DNA from: Mizuhopecten yessoensis
Taxonomy: Eukaryota
Direction of reading: 5' to 3'
Assembly (NCBI RefSeq): GCF_002113885.1
Contig: NW_018406415.1
Location: 1,645,038-1,709,037 of the forward strand
Length of the DNA stretch: 64,000 nt
Every line of letters starts with the position of its first letter. Positions within the stretch are counted from its first letter, which is position 1. Under the pieces are notes generated by a model. It made no database searches and was not told where the DNA came from. It worked only from the letters and a program-made list of their open reading frames with translations. Positions 13,071-26,784 of the stretch are shown piece by piece. Made by a program: the position numbers and the translations under genes.

Positions 13071-16000
13071 ATGGACTTTATATCTGTGTATCAAAATTTG
13101 ATCTATCTGGTCATCGCCAGCCATCTTTTGATTGTTGCTGATGCTACTCTCTCCAAGGGACAGAAGAAGAAAAAGGTAACAGGTCTAAACAAAACAAATG
13201 TTTTTTTTACAGGTTTTACATTCTATAAAAAAACCTAAGGATTGTTAATAATGCAAAATGTATGGGATTACATGAAATTGTATAATAACCCTAAGACCTA
13301 CTTCAGGACTTTGAAGATAATAAATCATATGATTTTTATATAGACGTCTACTTGACGCATGTAACCTGTTTCTATGATTTGGAAAGTTGAATGGGCCATT
13401 TTCCAGTTGAGAGCAACATGTACATTGTACACATATTTCAATCAGCTGTTTTCTGTAAATCTGTTTTAAATGTTCTCATATCGGGATATGTTCCTACTCT
13501 TGTTGTTGATAATATGACCCATTGCCCCCTATGTTTATGCTTCATATTTCCCAAACTGAAAGCAAAGGAAATATGAAATTCAGACATGTGATCTGATCAA
13601 GTAATATCTCAGATAATCTGCATAAAACATACTAAAGCAAAATTCTCATACGAAACCAAAATATGACACTGCAGTGATTTTGGGTAATCAGATATTTGAT
13701 TCCTGTACATATGCTTTCCTGTGGGACTCACCAACTTTTTGAGAACCCATTGTATCTCTCTTTTGTTCTAGGACTAGCCTGAATTTTCTTTTTACAAAAA
13801 TCACTGCAATGAATTATTTAAAACCAATGTTGTATATATGATCATGATCATGTGGCACCATAGTTTTTGTCATGTCATGATTATTACTATTGTCTTTGGG
13901 AGTTGTCTATTCCTTCGCTTGTGCGTTTTTATTCACTACATCAGCATTTCTATTTACTTCCTGGGAGCACAATATGGAAAAATTGTAGAGTGCGATATTT
14001 GTCGATGGATTTTCGTAGTTATTTTATCATTCCTATATATACTTGACAGAACTGTCCAGGGAAAGAAAGCTATACAAGAATTTTCTATCTTACTTCACAT
14101 TATTTCATGTGCATAACGTCACAATATATGGGACATCATTGTGATATCTGAGCTAATTCTGGTGATTGGAATGAGAGAAAAATAGTCTTTCATGTCCAGG
14201 GGTGTAGGATAGAGAAAAATATGCTTTAATGTCCAGGGGTGTAGGATAGAGAAAAATAGTCTTTAATGTGCAGGGGTGTAGGATAGAGAAAAATAGTCTT
14301 TAATGTCTAGGGGTGTAGGATAGAGAAAAATAGTCTTTAATGTCCAGGGGTGTAGGATAGAGAAAAATAGTCTTTAATGTTCAGGGGTGTAGGATAGAGA
14401 AAAATAGTCTTTCATGTCCAGGGGTGTAGGATAGAGAAAAATAGTCTTCATGTCCAGGGGTGTAGGATAGAGAAGAATAGTCTTTAATGTCCAGGGGTGT
14501 AGGATAGAGAACAATAGTCTTTAATGTCCAGGGGTGTAGGATAGAGAAAAATAGTCTTTCATGTCCAGGGGTGTGGGATAGAGAAAAATAGTCTTTCATG
14601 TCCAGGGGTGTGGGATAGGGAAATTCCAAACTCCCGATTTTCAAATTGGTGCAAAACCCTCGGCAAGCTTTGGTCTTCACCCAATTTGAAAACCACATGG
14701 GTGGAATTTCCCTGTCTTACACCCCTGGACATAAATTAATCTAATACTCTTTGGTAGTGTGAGAAAATAGGATAGTAGTTGACCATCATGATAGATATTT
14801 TGCCTTCTGATGTGAAACTTTGGCAAAATATACCTGGTAAACATTTGTTTATTAATTATATAACAGAATGTCAGATTAATACCGCCAGCACATGTTCTGA
14901 ATACTCTGTTTTGCTTCAATTGTAAAGGTTCAGGCGACAGACCACAGCAGCAGGAATGTATTTGACAGAGACCTTGTGACAGAGAATATCAAAACGAAGG
15001 ACATCCTGCATGAATACAAGGCTTACTGTGAGATGGAAAAGGAGATCAAGAGGTTTCAGGGTAGAACATTGGCCTACGTCACTCCTGTAAGTGGACTCCA
15101 TGTGTAATTACTATACGGGAAACTTTCACCTTGTGAAATATTTCCCCTTCTGTGATAAAATCCATATTTGTCAAGTGTTCAAAACGTTTTGCTGTTCAGA
15201 GTACAAGTAGAACTAAGAGACGGATATTAACCATATCTGTTCGGAAGCTCTCTCAGGTGCTGGGGATTCAAGATTGTACAAATGGAGGGGCTGATGAGCG
15301 GGGCCAAAAAAGGGGTAATTTGGCCATATTGCTTTAAGCAACTTCTTCTCTAGAACTAAGTGATGGATATCAAGCAAGCAGAAATAATATGTATAATAAG
15401 CTGTATGCTAATATTCATCATCACTAGGGAGGGCATATCACGTTAAACTGAAGCAACATTTTCCCAGGTTATATGAAATACTTGATAATAGCATTTGGAA
15501 TCAATCAATGGTTGATTAAGTCATTCAGTTTCTTGTTAAATGTTGTTGAGTGTGGGAATCTGTTAATTGTTGTGTAACTGAATAAAAAGTGTATAAATGA
15601 ATAAAGATGAAATACTTCAAAGATTATTTTAAGGTTAAATTTGTTTCAGGTCAATAATGAATATGTGGGCGTTTATTGGTCTTATAGAAAAGATCCTTCA
15701 GTATGTTTAAAATTTTACTTGGTACATGTATAAAAAAAATGCTTGACTTTGCATGAAAATGCATAAGTGGTTCACGATCAAACGAAAGCAAGATTCTAGT
15801 ACAGCTTCCCCTCCCAGGTCGACATTTGGATCTGCCATGCACTTTCTTTGCAAAAAAAATCATTTTTTGTATGGCTTTTAGTGGAACAATCATGGTTACA
15901 CTATAGCCAAAAGATTTTCACAGAAGTTTTCCTACGTGTCACCAGTGTGGCTACAAGTCAAGCGCAAACCTGGAGGTGCCTTTGTCATAGAGGGGAAACA

Positions 16001-19000
16001 TGATGTGGATCACGGTAACTATGATATATATTGTGGTTGTCTGTTGTTATATTCATGAGATAGTATGTCATTGAGAGATCATGTGACTTTGATTACAATA
16101 TTGAATAAGACTGTCATTGAGATATATCACATGATGAAGATCATGTGGCAAGGGTCTGTCATTGAAAGATCAAGTGACAAATGGCTAAATATTTGTCGTT
16201 CAATTAACTAAAATCCATTAAACCTTAACAACTGTTTAGTAATATTTTACTAAATTTAGTTCTTGAAAAAAAAATTGTGTCCATAAAATGTCTTCACGCT
16301 TAACCTCTCGCACTGAAAAAGCCACATCTGCATCTCTGGATGTTGGCAACCCTGATTTACACTCACAGTCTGTCATTACCAGATCACATGTATGCATGAT
16401 ATTTATCATGGTTCGACCACAGGGGTTTGTTACAAATGTCTGAAATACATATACTGATATGGGTCACAGCACACATAACTGTGCTGTGACCCATGCGGTT
16501 TGACTTTTAAGTAGAGATTAATCATTACATATCTGCTTTATATTTGTTGTGAAATATCTCAACTTTTCTCTATAGAATATTTTACTGACTACCTATTTTT
16601 ACATTACAATAGCTGCATTACTTTCTGATATACAACACAGTGCTGATGTTGCAGCAGCAGCACTAGATGTTATACTGAGTTACTGAGCACAGCTGTCATT
16701 TTCCTAGATATCTGATCCATGTAATGGTGTTACTATATATAGTTGTATACTATCGGTGGTTGTTTTATGACTAGATATCTGATCAATGTAATGGTGTTAC
16801 TATATATAGTTGTACTATCGTTGGTTGTTTTATGACTAGATATCTGATCCATGTACTGGTGTTACTATATATAGTTGTACTATCGGTGGCTGTTTTATGA
16901 CTAGATATCTGATCCATGTAATGGTGTAACTATATATAGTTGTTACTATCGGTGGTTGTTTTATGACAAGATATCTGATCCATGTAATGGTGTTACTATA
17001 TATAGTTGTATTATCGGTGGTTGTTTTTTGACTAGATATCTGATCCATGTAATGGTGTTACTTTATATAGTTGTATTATCGGTGGTTGTTTTATGACTAG
17101 AGATCTGATCCATGTAATGGTGTTACTATATATAGTTGTATCATCGGTGGTTGTTTTATGACTAGATATCTGATCAATGTAATGGTGTTACTATATATAG
17201 TTGTACTATCTGTATGTTTTATGACTAGATATCTGATCCATGTAATGGTGTCACTATATATAGTTGTACTATCTGTATGTTTTATGACTAGATATCTGAT
17301 CCATGTAATGGTGTAACTATATATAGTTGTTACTATCGGTGGTTGTTTTATGACAAGATATCTGATCCATGTAATGGTGTTACTATATATAGTTGTATAC
17401 TATCCGTGGTTGTTTTATGACTAGATATCTTATCCATGTAATGGTGTAACTATATATAGTTGTACGATCGGTGGTTGTTTTAGGACTAGATATCTGATCC
17501 ATGTAATGGTGTTACTTTATATAGTTGTATTATCGGTGGTTGTTTTATGACTAGAGATCTGATCCATGTAATGGTGTTACTATATATAGTTGTATACTAT
17601 CCGTTGTTGTTTTATGACTAGATATCTGATCCATGTAATGGTGTAACTATATATAGTTGTTACTATCGGTGGTTGTTTTATGACAAGATATCTGATCCAT
17701 GTAATGGTGTTACTATATATAGTTGTATACTATCCGTGGTTGTTTTATGACTAGATATCTTATCCATGTAATGGTGTAACTATATATAGTTGTACGATCG
17801 GTGGTTGTTTTATGACTAGATATCTGATCAATGTAATGGTGTTACTATATATAGTTGTACTATCTGTATGTTTTATGACTAGATATCTGATCCATGTAAT
17901 GGTGTCACTATATATAGTTGTACTATCTGTATGTTTTATGACTAGATATCTGATCCATGTAATGGTGTTACTTTATATAGTTGTATTATCGGTGGTTGTT
18001 TTATGACTAGATATCTGACCCATGTAATGGTGTTACTATATATAGTTGTACTATCGGTGGCTGTTTTATGACTAGATATCTGATCCATGTAATGGTGTCA
18101 CTATATATAGTTGTACTATCTGTATGTTTTATGACTAGATATCTGATCCATGTAATGGTGTAACTATATATAGTTGTTACTATCGGTGGTTGTTTTATGA
18201 CAAGATATCTGATCCATGTAATGGTGTTACTATATATAGTTGTACTATCTGTATGTTTTATGACTAGATATCTGATCCATGTAATGGTGTTACTATAGTT
18301 GTACTATCGGTGGGTGTTTTATGACTAGATATCTGATCCATGTAATGGTGTTACTATATATAGTTGTATTATCGGTGGTTGTTCTATGACTAGATATCTG
18401 ATCCATGTAATGGTGTTACTATATACAGTTGTATACTATCGGTGGTTGTTTTATGACTAGATATCTGATCCATGTATTGGTGTTACTATATATAGTTGTA
18501 CTATCGGTAGTTGTTTTATGACTAGATTTCTAGATCATATTACTTAATAGAGATTTTTGTAGAAATATTTCAAGTAAGTCCTGGGCCCGTATTCATGAAA
18601 CCACTCTCATGCTAAAGCATGGACTTTGTGCTCAAGCCTAATTTCTTGTTCCAGTTATAAATTATAGCTGAATTCTGTTTTCAATATTTAAATTTGACTT
18701 TATGATCGTTGACATGATTTATGTGAGTTACTAGAAAGCTTGCTTGAGCATGAGAACGGTTTCATGAATACGGGCCCTGGACATCTGTTTCAAAATTTTG
18801 ATGAGTCCTATTTCTAAGAGATATAGAAACAGTGGGCGAGTTCCACAGGAAAAGCATGAATCCAGGGCCAGTATATTCATGAAACTTTTCTCGCCCTCAA
18901 GCATGGATTCTGTGCTCAAACTAATTTTTCTCGTAACTTGCTTAAATCAGGTGGTACTAGTCGAAAAGTCAAATAGAAACTACGAAAATGGTGTTTGACT

Positions 19001-22000
19001 TTTAGTCTCACAAAGATCATTGAAAAAATGTGAATTTTTCATTAATTTTATAAATGGGAAAAAGAAATTGGACTTGAGCACAGAATCTGAGTGTTAGCAT
19101 GGGAATGGTTTCATGAATACAGACTCCAAAGTCTCAGAAATTACTGATACTGGTGGTAGTATGATTACTAGATTTATTATCCATGGTTACTACTAGTCAT
19201 TTTAAAACTATATCTCTGGGCCATTTTACTACTAGCCCTTTCTGTTCTTTGCAGGTTGGGTAGATGAAGTGACAGCAGGGAAGCATGCCAAAATATGTAA
19301 GAACCAAATTAATATACTGTGGATTATACATGTTTTTAAGCACACTTAATTTTGTTAAATCGCATTGCTATAGTTATTAGCGATATTCATGTTTCACTTA
19401 CCATGTAAGTCTTATGCATAGATAATTTTCCCAAGATACTTGGATTTGCAGTCGATGATTAATGTAAATTTGCTTTAAAATAAATGCATGAGATATACAA
19501 GTTATCTACAGTATCGATAATTTTATGTAAAAGGGTTATTTTCAATCATTTTAATACCCTTTCAAAATCACTCTTCGATACTTTTTTGTGAATTTTTAGA
19601 TAAATATGAAATGATTTTAAGATTGTATATCTGCATATCGTAGGGAGGAATTTTATATTATTTGTACAAAAAGACAACACTAAACCAGTAGGTAAAATCA
19701 GAAGGTAACATTATTAAACGTACAAGCTTGCTGATTTAATAAATCACTTTCATTTATATACTGGTCGCTGCAATGTACACATCATCGCAATCCACAAGTT
19801 TTACTCAGTTTGTAGGAGCTGGAGTGGATTTAAACCCATCGCTTGCGACGATTCATTGTACATTTCTCTCAAGAAGCTGGACCAGGTTACATCAACATTA
19901 ACACTACTTGAGAACCTGATTTTTTTTGTAGCTCTAATATATTGTACTGTATAAAACCATGGATGTTTTTGTATCATTTTTTTCAACAGTGCCTCGTGTG
20001 TTTTTTGATGGCTGGAATGGAAAAGATTATGGTGCCCTGTTCAGTAGTGAGGACGCCATCGAGGACTGTATACAGGTTATCCTGGACTTCACCAAGGTAT
20101 ACAGCATATTACATATCTACAGCAACTATGAATAACTTGCTGTGTGTAACAAGTCTGTATTAATTCTATTTACCTTAGGATATCTTTGATAACCTCAAGT
20201 TCAGTGTTAGGCTCACCCTTTGGTTGGTATAGTTTTATAGAAAAGAGTCCTATCCGACATATAAGGTAAAATTGACCATATATGCAAGGTGAATTTATAT
20301 TCAAGGTTTTAGGGTAAACTCTACCAGTATCTATCCATATTTTACCTTTCTTTTAAGATTAAATTTACTTGACTCATCGCAGGGACTTAAAATGTAAAAT
20401 CAAGGTCAAGGTCATTTGTTATTCATTTTCTCTTATGTGATTTGACAAGGATTCCTCTTAATACATAAACTGTATCATGTTATTTTACCAGTATTAAAGC
20501 TTTCCTGTTTTAAATTTTGTAATTTAACATATAATCCTCTAATTATATCCTGTTCTGATTCTGGCTGGGTAACATATCACATGTTTAAATTACTTGTATG
20601 GACATACATTTATGTGAACAGAAGTGACTTTTCTTATATTAAATTGCTGTGCAGGAATGATTCATATTCATTCACAAATGTAGTGTTAATAACAGAGAAA
20701 ACATCTTTGAAAGATTTCTTCATTTACTATACATGTACATGTACAAGCTTTGTTTTATTATGACAAGGGTTCTTGTATTTATAAAAAGAATTAGAAAAAA
20801 TACTTACACTGTAATATCTCTTGTCTCAGCATTAAACTAAAAACAGGTTTTCCGGTAATATCAAATTTCACTTTATATCATATTTTCCTTGGGGAAATGA
20901 AACATGACATTACGAGAAGTGGTCTGTATAAGCATAATTAATACTGTATGTTTGTGTCGTGTCACAGGAGAACAAGTTTGCTGGAGTGGTGGTGGAGATC
21001 TGGTCACAGTTGGGAGGACAAGCTACCAAGTATGTAAATGTAAATGTTAATCTCATTAAAAGCTGGTTGCCAGCAAAAATAGCCTACTTTTAATTCATCA
21101 ACTTTGAACTAGTCATTTAAAAAAAAACAACACTCAAAATGTGTATTTGTCAACATAATGGCATGTACACATTCATTCGGCTATATCCATTTCAAGTTAA
21201 CCAACATTTACAAAACTTAGTGAGAACACTGGTAACGGAAGGTTAATTAGGTAAATCATATATGATAATGATACCAATGAACTGGAGCTAAAATGTCTAT
21301 TCAAATGTACATCATGATCTTGGTAGATGTTTTTATCATAATAGTATTCTTTGAAAGTTTAAGAAACCTATGGTCCAGGGTTTTGTTTGTTCTGATACAA
21401 AGTACACAGGATATAATATTTAAGTTTTATAGGTGATAAAACTGTTAAGTTAAGTTACAAAGAAATTTGGAAAGGCAAGAGTTAAGAACTAGTAAAACAA
21501 AAATAAGTTCAGATTTAAGTAGCATTATGTTGATGGTGTGTTGTTTGTTCATTCACAGAGAGATGCGCCACTTCCTGAATCACTTTGGTGAAATGTTTCA
21601 CACGGCAAAGAAACTGTTTATACTAGTCATCCCTCCACCTGTGTATCCAGGGTAAGTATCCTGCGACACGTCTCCATCCCATCAAACTACTACTCACACA
21701 CACGTCTATAAGCAACATGTGATATTGATTTTATTACATAACCTTCAATTGTTCTTTCTATGCATACTATATTTTATATGTAATGGTACCAGTATTCATC
21801 GTTATCTTGTTTATCATATTGTTACACCTCAAGTGAATTTCTAGATATTTGATTGGTTGGGAGAAAATTAAACAAAAATCTCTGTCACCCTCCGAATATA
21901 CATTGGTTTTAAGGGGCGCGTGTGATATTGCCATGAGACCGTGAAAAATATCACATGCGCGAAAAATATGCGTTCACCGCTTCGTTTCCCCACCATGATG

Positions 22001-25000
22001 GTCACAAGAACGTTTGACGGCAACAGCCAATTTTATCAAGCGCCAGTGCGATAGCGATTGTAAACAGCAGACTATCAACAAACAAGATGTCATTATCGAG
22101 GTTGGCTGCCGTTTCTGAGCTTCAAAGACTTTTGGTGTAACAAAATAGATATTTATATACTGTACATTGTACATGTATATCGGAAACCTTCGCCATAACA
22201 TACAAACTGTCCAGTGAAATTAATGCCCTTCACATTTGATAGCTATGTATAGTATTTTGTTAATTGATGTTAGGTGTTATAATAATATGTATATTTATCA
22301 GTTATCCAGTCAATATACCCATGTCATATTATTTTGCATATTTATCCATGTTATATGACCTATCAGCCCTGTGATTGGTTGTATTAAGTTTAAATTGTTT
22401 CAGTTGTGACGTCATGCCTAGGACAAGTACATGACACACTGGAGTCAAAATGGCGTACTTTTACATTTCAAGGGTGCACGAAAATTGTCGTTACACAAAT
22501 AAATGCCACAAATCTTGATTTTGTGATAAAAAGGATCTTGCACTCGTTTTCATTTCATATGAAATTTATGAAACTCGTCACAAATATTTCTCATATGAAA
22601 TGGAAACTCATGTAAAATCCTATATATATGAGCTCTCTGCTGGCGAAAAAGATGAAAAATAAACTGTGACTTAAATCTCCCAGTTGACACTCCAACAGTA
22701 ATACTCTGTATTCAATTTCCTTTCTGAAACCTTGATCCAACCAACAAGTTAAACAATTTGTCAATTTGTTTCAGTGGATGCCAACAGATTAAAACTGCTG
22801 AACAGCTCAGTTGGGTGGTTTATTTCCTTTTTTTGCACAATCAACTTCAAGGTCATTGGTTAAAGTTCAATTAATTCTAATCATTGTCAGTGTATTGATA
22901 GAAGAATCCTGAACAGGTAAAAGGGGAGATAAACCTGTGAATGGTAGAAAAAACATTTCCTCTCAAGTTAGGTGATAAAAGAGTAAGTTTTAACAGATCA
23001 AGTGATAATTTTGTAGCGTGCAGATGGTCACCCATCCGGCTACTGACTACGCGTGACATTGCTGAGCTAGTGAGTAGATCTACGGGTTATACCACATCAC
23101 TGGAGAAACTAGCTTGCTAATAAGGCACTATTTCACTCAAATTCCTCAGCTGATACAATTTGTTTCAGAGATATGTTTATCTGTTACAGTGATGTAGTAG
23201 GCATGTTCACACAGGAGGACTTTGAGGCACTACAGAGCAATGTTGATGGTTTTAGTCTGATGACGTACGACTTCTCCAGTCAAAGGAAGTGAGTATTAAA
23301 GAAACAGCAACACCAGTATTTGAGTGGCCATTTAGAGAAGTTACTCCATCAACATCATCGGATACCCTAGGCTGATTTCACGAGTGAGTAGCGAAGTGAA
23401 ATCAGCCGTGGGTATCCAACGATGCTCTATCGGATGTCTCATCATACATCTAGTAACAAGACCTGCAATTGGTCAAGTATTGTTCTCCATTAGGCCAAAG
23501 TGTTCTGACACATGATCGAGTGCTGGTGTTCTATAGTAATCACTCTGTCCATTCAAACATCTTTCATTGTCCGAGGTTATCTCAGAGTCCAGAAGTCTGA
23601 AGTTTCTGAAATTTCACACGGTGATGCAATATGTCAAAATCTTAACTCCTACATGTATAAAATCCAAGATGATTGGTGTACCTTTTTCTTTTTGATTATA
23701 AGAGAGATAAACAGTTGGGCACAAGCGGAGCCCTTTCTGACCCCTCAGTGTTCTAGTTTTTAAAACAGTTCAATATTAGCATAAATTCAAGGTCTCCTCA
23801 ATGGTAGCAATACCAAGTGATGGTGATGACGTCACAATTTGTGAGATCATGGTTTGATGACGTCATTGTGTTGTGTTGACATCATGGTAACAGTGTTATG
23901 ATGTCATCAAGATCAAAGTCATAGTTACTCATCATGTTTGTCAAGATGGATGTGACATAGAGGTCCGGTGACATTTAATCCCTGACAAAGGGCTAAGCTT
24001 GAAAGCTTAGAAAAGAGTGACTTTGAAGTTTATTAATATTATTGCGTTCCCTATAGGAACATATAATTATAGACAATAAATTCAAGGGTTATATTTGATC
24101 TATTAAAATAACCTGAAGAACAAAAATTGGTAAAACAGTTTGGTTAGAGTATCACATTGTGTATTCACAGACCAGGAGCCAATAGTCCTATTGACTGGGT
24201 CAAAGATTGTGTGGAGGCGTTGGTACCAAAGGAAGATCCAATATCAAGATCTAAAATTCTTCTAGGGCTCAACTTCTACGGAAATGATTTTACGATGACC
24301 AGAGGCGGTAATGGAGGAGCGATCCTTGGCCACCAGTAAGTCGCTAAACAGGGAGTCAGTTTAGTTCCATGAGGACTTTATATCGCAAGCCATAATCCTG
24401 TAGGTTGATGTACGGTTTGTCGATGCCTGGCCTCTAGCTTGCTGGAGTGTAAGGACATCAACGTTTGTTAAAGGAAAGACCTTTACTCACTTTCAAGGTA
24501 TCATGAATAGATATGTTAAAAAAATAAAAATGACTTCTTACAAAAATCTGTAAGGTCTGCAGTAAATATTCAGCTAGCTTTTTGTGATGAAGAATTAAAA
24601 AAAAATCTAAAGTACTGTTTATACTTTCCTGTAAGTTGTTGTTAAGCATTGAGCACAATTTCAAATATTGTGCAAGCAATAATTTATACATCACCTAAGA
24701 CCTAATTTTAAAAAGATATGTCATAATTTAGAACATTTATTGTAGAGAATTATGTTTCATTTTAGGTACATAGATATTCTGAAGAAGCACAAACCAAAGC
24801 TACAGTGGGTAGAGGAGACTGCTGAACACGTTGGGGAGTACAAGTGAGTGTTGTATACTATTGTATTGGTATTCTGATATTATAACCTGCAGCGGCATGC
24901 CTTTCAAAAATATCAGATAACTCGATCTAACAAACCTAACTGTAGAAAAGACGGATCTCATCATGATAGAAATACGTTTTCTGATTTCAATAAATTAGGC

Positions 25001-25497
25001 AGACTTTATATTATAGAGAAATATTCTACCTTTTAACAAGAATAATTTACAAAAACATTTTGTAAGCAGTGTGTTTTCTGGGGACTTTTTGAGGCCGATA
25101 ATGGGCCCCATTCCCCATTGAAAATACAAATGTATTTCATATGTATGCCTTATTCCCAAAATTTTAGTTTACTCCCAAAAATTTCCTTCCCAATTGGTAC
25201 CTTGTATATTTTTTTCCCCAAAATGAGACAAAAAGGCCCCATCCCAAATAAAAAAATCCCAAATTATAAATTAAAAGACATGATTAGGAGTTACTAATCT
25301 ACAATCTACAACATAATGAATTCAGGAAAAACATTTTCATGTACATTTATTCCAGAACCACAGGAGAGACGCACAATGTACATTTTCCGACACTGAAGTC
25401 TATACAAGTCCGACTGGACCTGGCCAAGACCATGGGGACAGGGATCTCCATCTGGGAAATAGGACAAGGCCTGGATTACTTCTACGACCTCCTGTAA
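13071..25497 (+). CDS. CHID1: Chitinase domain-containing protein 1 (GH18-like, SI-CLP); 11 coding exons, about 394 aa
   Basis: Exons 13071-13175, 14928-15086, 15882-16014, 19255-19296, 19990-20096, 20968-21029, 21559-21651, 23190-23288, 24171-24335, 24766-24843, 25356-25497; all GT-AG and in phase. Signal peptide then ATLSK; LAYVTPWNNHGY; SPVWLQ; GVVVEIW; [11 protein letters not shown]; PGANSPIDW; [10 protein letters not shown]; [14 protein letters not shown]...[18 protein letters not shown]. Confidence 0.95.
14020..14735. mobile_element. Non-autonomous DNA element with internally amplified 37-bp repeat
   Basis: Its flanks (TCATTCCTA..GACAG.ACT.TCCAGGG..TTCTATCTTACT; GGAATTTCCCT.TC.TACA) match the element at 26785-27090. 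Confidence 0.55.
14175..14618. repeat. 37-bp minisatellite, about 12 copies
   Basis: Unit GAGAAAAATAGTCTTTAATGTCCAGGGGTGTAGGATA; period 37 (e.g. 14286 to 14323). Confidence 0.95.
16703..18533. repeat. About 65-bp minisatellite, about 28 copies, in CHID1 intron
   Basis: Unit CTAGATATCTGATCCATGTAATGGTGTTACTATATATAGTTGTACTATCGGTGGTTGTTTTATGA with recurring variant units. Confidence 0.97.
18584..18776. mobile_element. PIF/Harbinger-type (Tourist-like) MITE
   Basis: TIR GGCCCGTATTCATGAAACC / GGTTTCATGAATACGGGCC with 3-bp CTG duplication. Related copies at about 18865-19125 and 48694-48958. Confidence 0.8.
18865..19125. mobile_element. Second, diverged copy of the same Harbinger-type MITE
   Basis: GGCCAGTATATTCATGAAAC..CAAGCATGGATTCTGTGCTCAA ... 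GAGCACAGAATC..GCATGGGAATGGTTTCATGAATAC. Confidence 0.65.
23012..23100 (-). pseudogene. 5S rRNA-derived fragment (SINE3 head or 5S pseudogene)
   Basis: The minus strand AGCTCAGCAATGTCACGCGTAGTCAGTAGCCGGATGGGTGACC resembles the 5S internal control region AGCTAAGCAG...TTAGTACTTGGATGGGAGACC. Confidence 0.4.
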
Positions 25498-25611
25498 CAG
25501 AACAAGCCTTAGGACAAGGCCTGGATTACTTCTACGACCTCCTGTAACAGGACAAGTCTTTAGGACAAGGCCTGGATTACTTCTACGACCTCCTGTAACA
25601 GGACAAGCCTT
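25460..25611 (+). repeat. Triplication of the last CHID1 codons and stop (50-51 bp x3)
   Basis: TAGGACAAGGCCTGGATTACTTCTACGACCTCCTGTAACAG.ACAAG.CTT repeated at 25460, 25510 and 25561. Confidence 0.95.
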
Positions 25612-26028
25612 CATTGGAATGATTGACAGATATTTTGTAAATCTTCTGGAAATTTGTTTATCAGGCCCCAGAATCATGAAATAGACTTACCGTGTAAGTC
25701 TAGGACAAAATTGGAACTTAATTTTGAAGTTTTGACTTAGCTTAGATTACATGTAATCTTAAGTGGATCAAGAAACGTGCTAAGCATTTGATGTTTCAGA
25801 AAAAAGAAGTATGAAAAAGAAATTGTATTAACTGCCAAGCTCTTGTCACTGAAAAGATTTGAATTGATTGGATCAAACTTTATAAGCTCAGCAGTGTATT
25901 GAAGGTAAAATGTTCATCTTAAATCATTCTAGAATTATTAAAATCGAAATCAAAATTAGATGTCCTGGGATGCAGAATGACCACCCTTGAATAATTTGCA
26001 GAAAAATACAAAATATATCTGCACATAT

Positions 26029-26119
26029 TTAACTCATTCACCCCTGAACTTTCATATTAAACTTTTCTAACCTTTGAATTGGAAGAGTTCAAATGTGTTT
26101 TCAGGGGTGAATGAGTTAA
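26029..26119. mobile_element. Tiny TTAA-flanked MITE (piggyBac-like ends)
   Basis: TTAACTCATTCACCCCTGA...TCAGGGGTGAATGAGTTAA; closely similar copy at 30756-30847. Confidence 0.75.
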
Positions 26120-26784
26120 AAAAAAACAGATATTGAAAACAAGATTACATATCTTGAAAGCTAATTAAACTAAATTTGACTGGGTTTTTTGGTTTATTTT
26201 AGTATAAATGTCTGAAAAACATGGTATTAAGATTATTGGAGATCAGATTAACGAGTTGTGGGGTTGGGGGGATTGCCTTATAATTGGTGTTATTTCTGAA
26301 AAATTCAAAAGTTCTTTGATAATGAAAAAATTACCATAACACCTCTATATTTATATATAGTGATAAGTAAAGAAAACCAGCAGACAACCAAAGTGTTACT
26401 TCTCAGAAAACATTGCAGCATAAGTGTATCTTAAAACATTAAATAGGAAGATATGGTATTTTAACCTTTTATTTTAATGGGTATTCAAGTCACTTTTGGT
26501 TTTCAAAACCCTTTTTTTACCTCACAAGTGTCAGACATTCATATCATTCCAAATTTCAGTGATGTTTATTTTAGAAAAATCTTAAACACAGATTACAGAT
26601 TACATCAGAATCAGAGAATGATTAGGAATGAAGCTTTAATGAGTGAATATGTTTTTTTAAATGTGGTGTATTAATATATTCATGGTTCCACTGCAAGCAA
26701 GAAAAACTGTCAAAGTGTATACACAACTGAATTGTCATATTACATGTATATGTACAGTATATTCCTAACAAAGTTCAGGAATAG

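Noticed and set aside
16703-18533. Repeat ORFs or CRISPR-like array in the CHID1 intron
   Set aside because: Head-to-tail satellite without spacers; frequent stops in all frames.
25306-25677. 123-aa minus-strand ORF with repeats
   Set aside because: Antisense shadow of the CHID1 last exon and its triplicated end.
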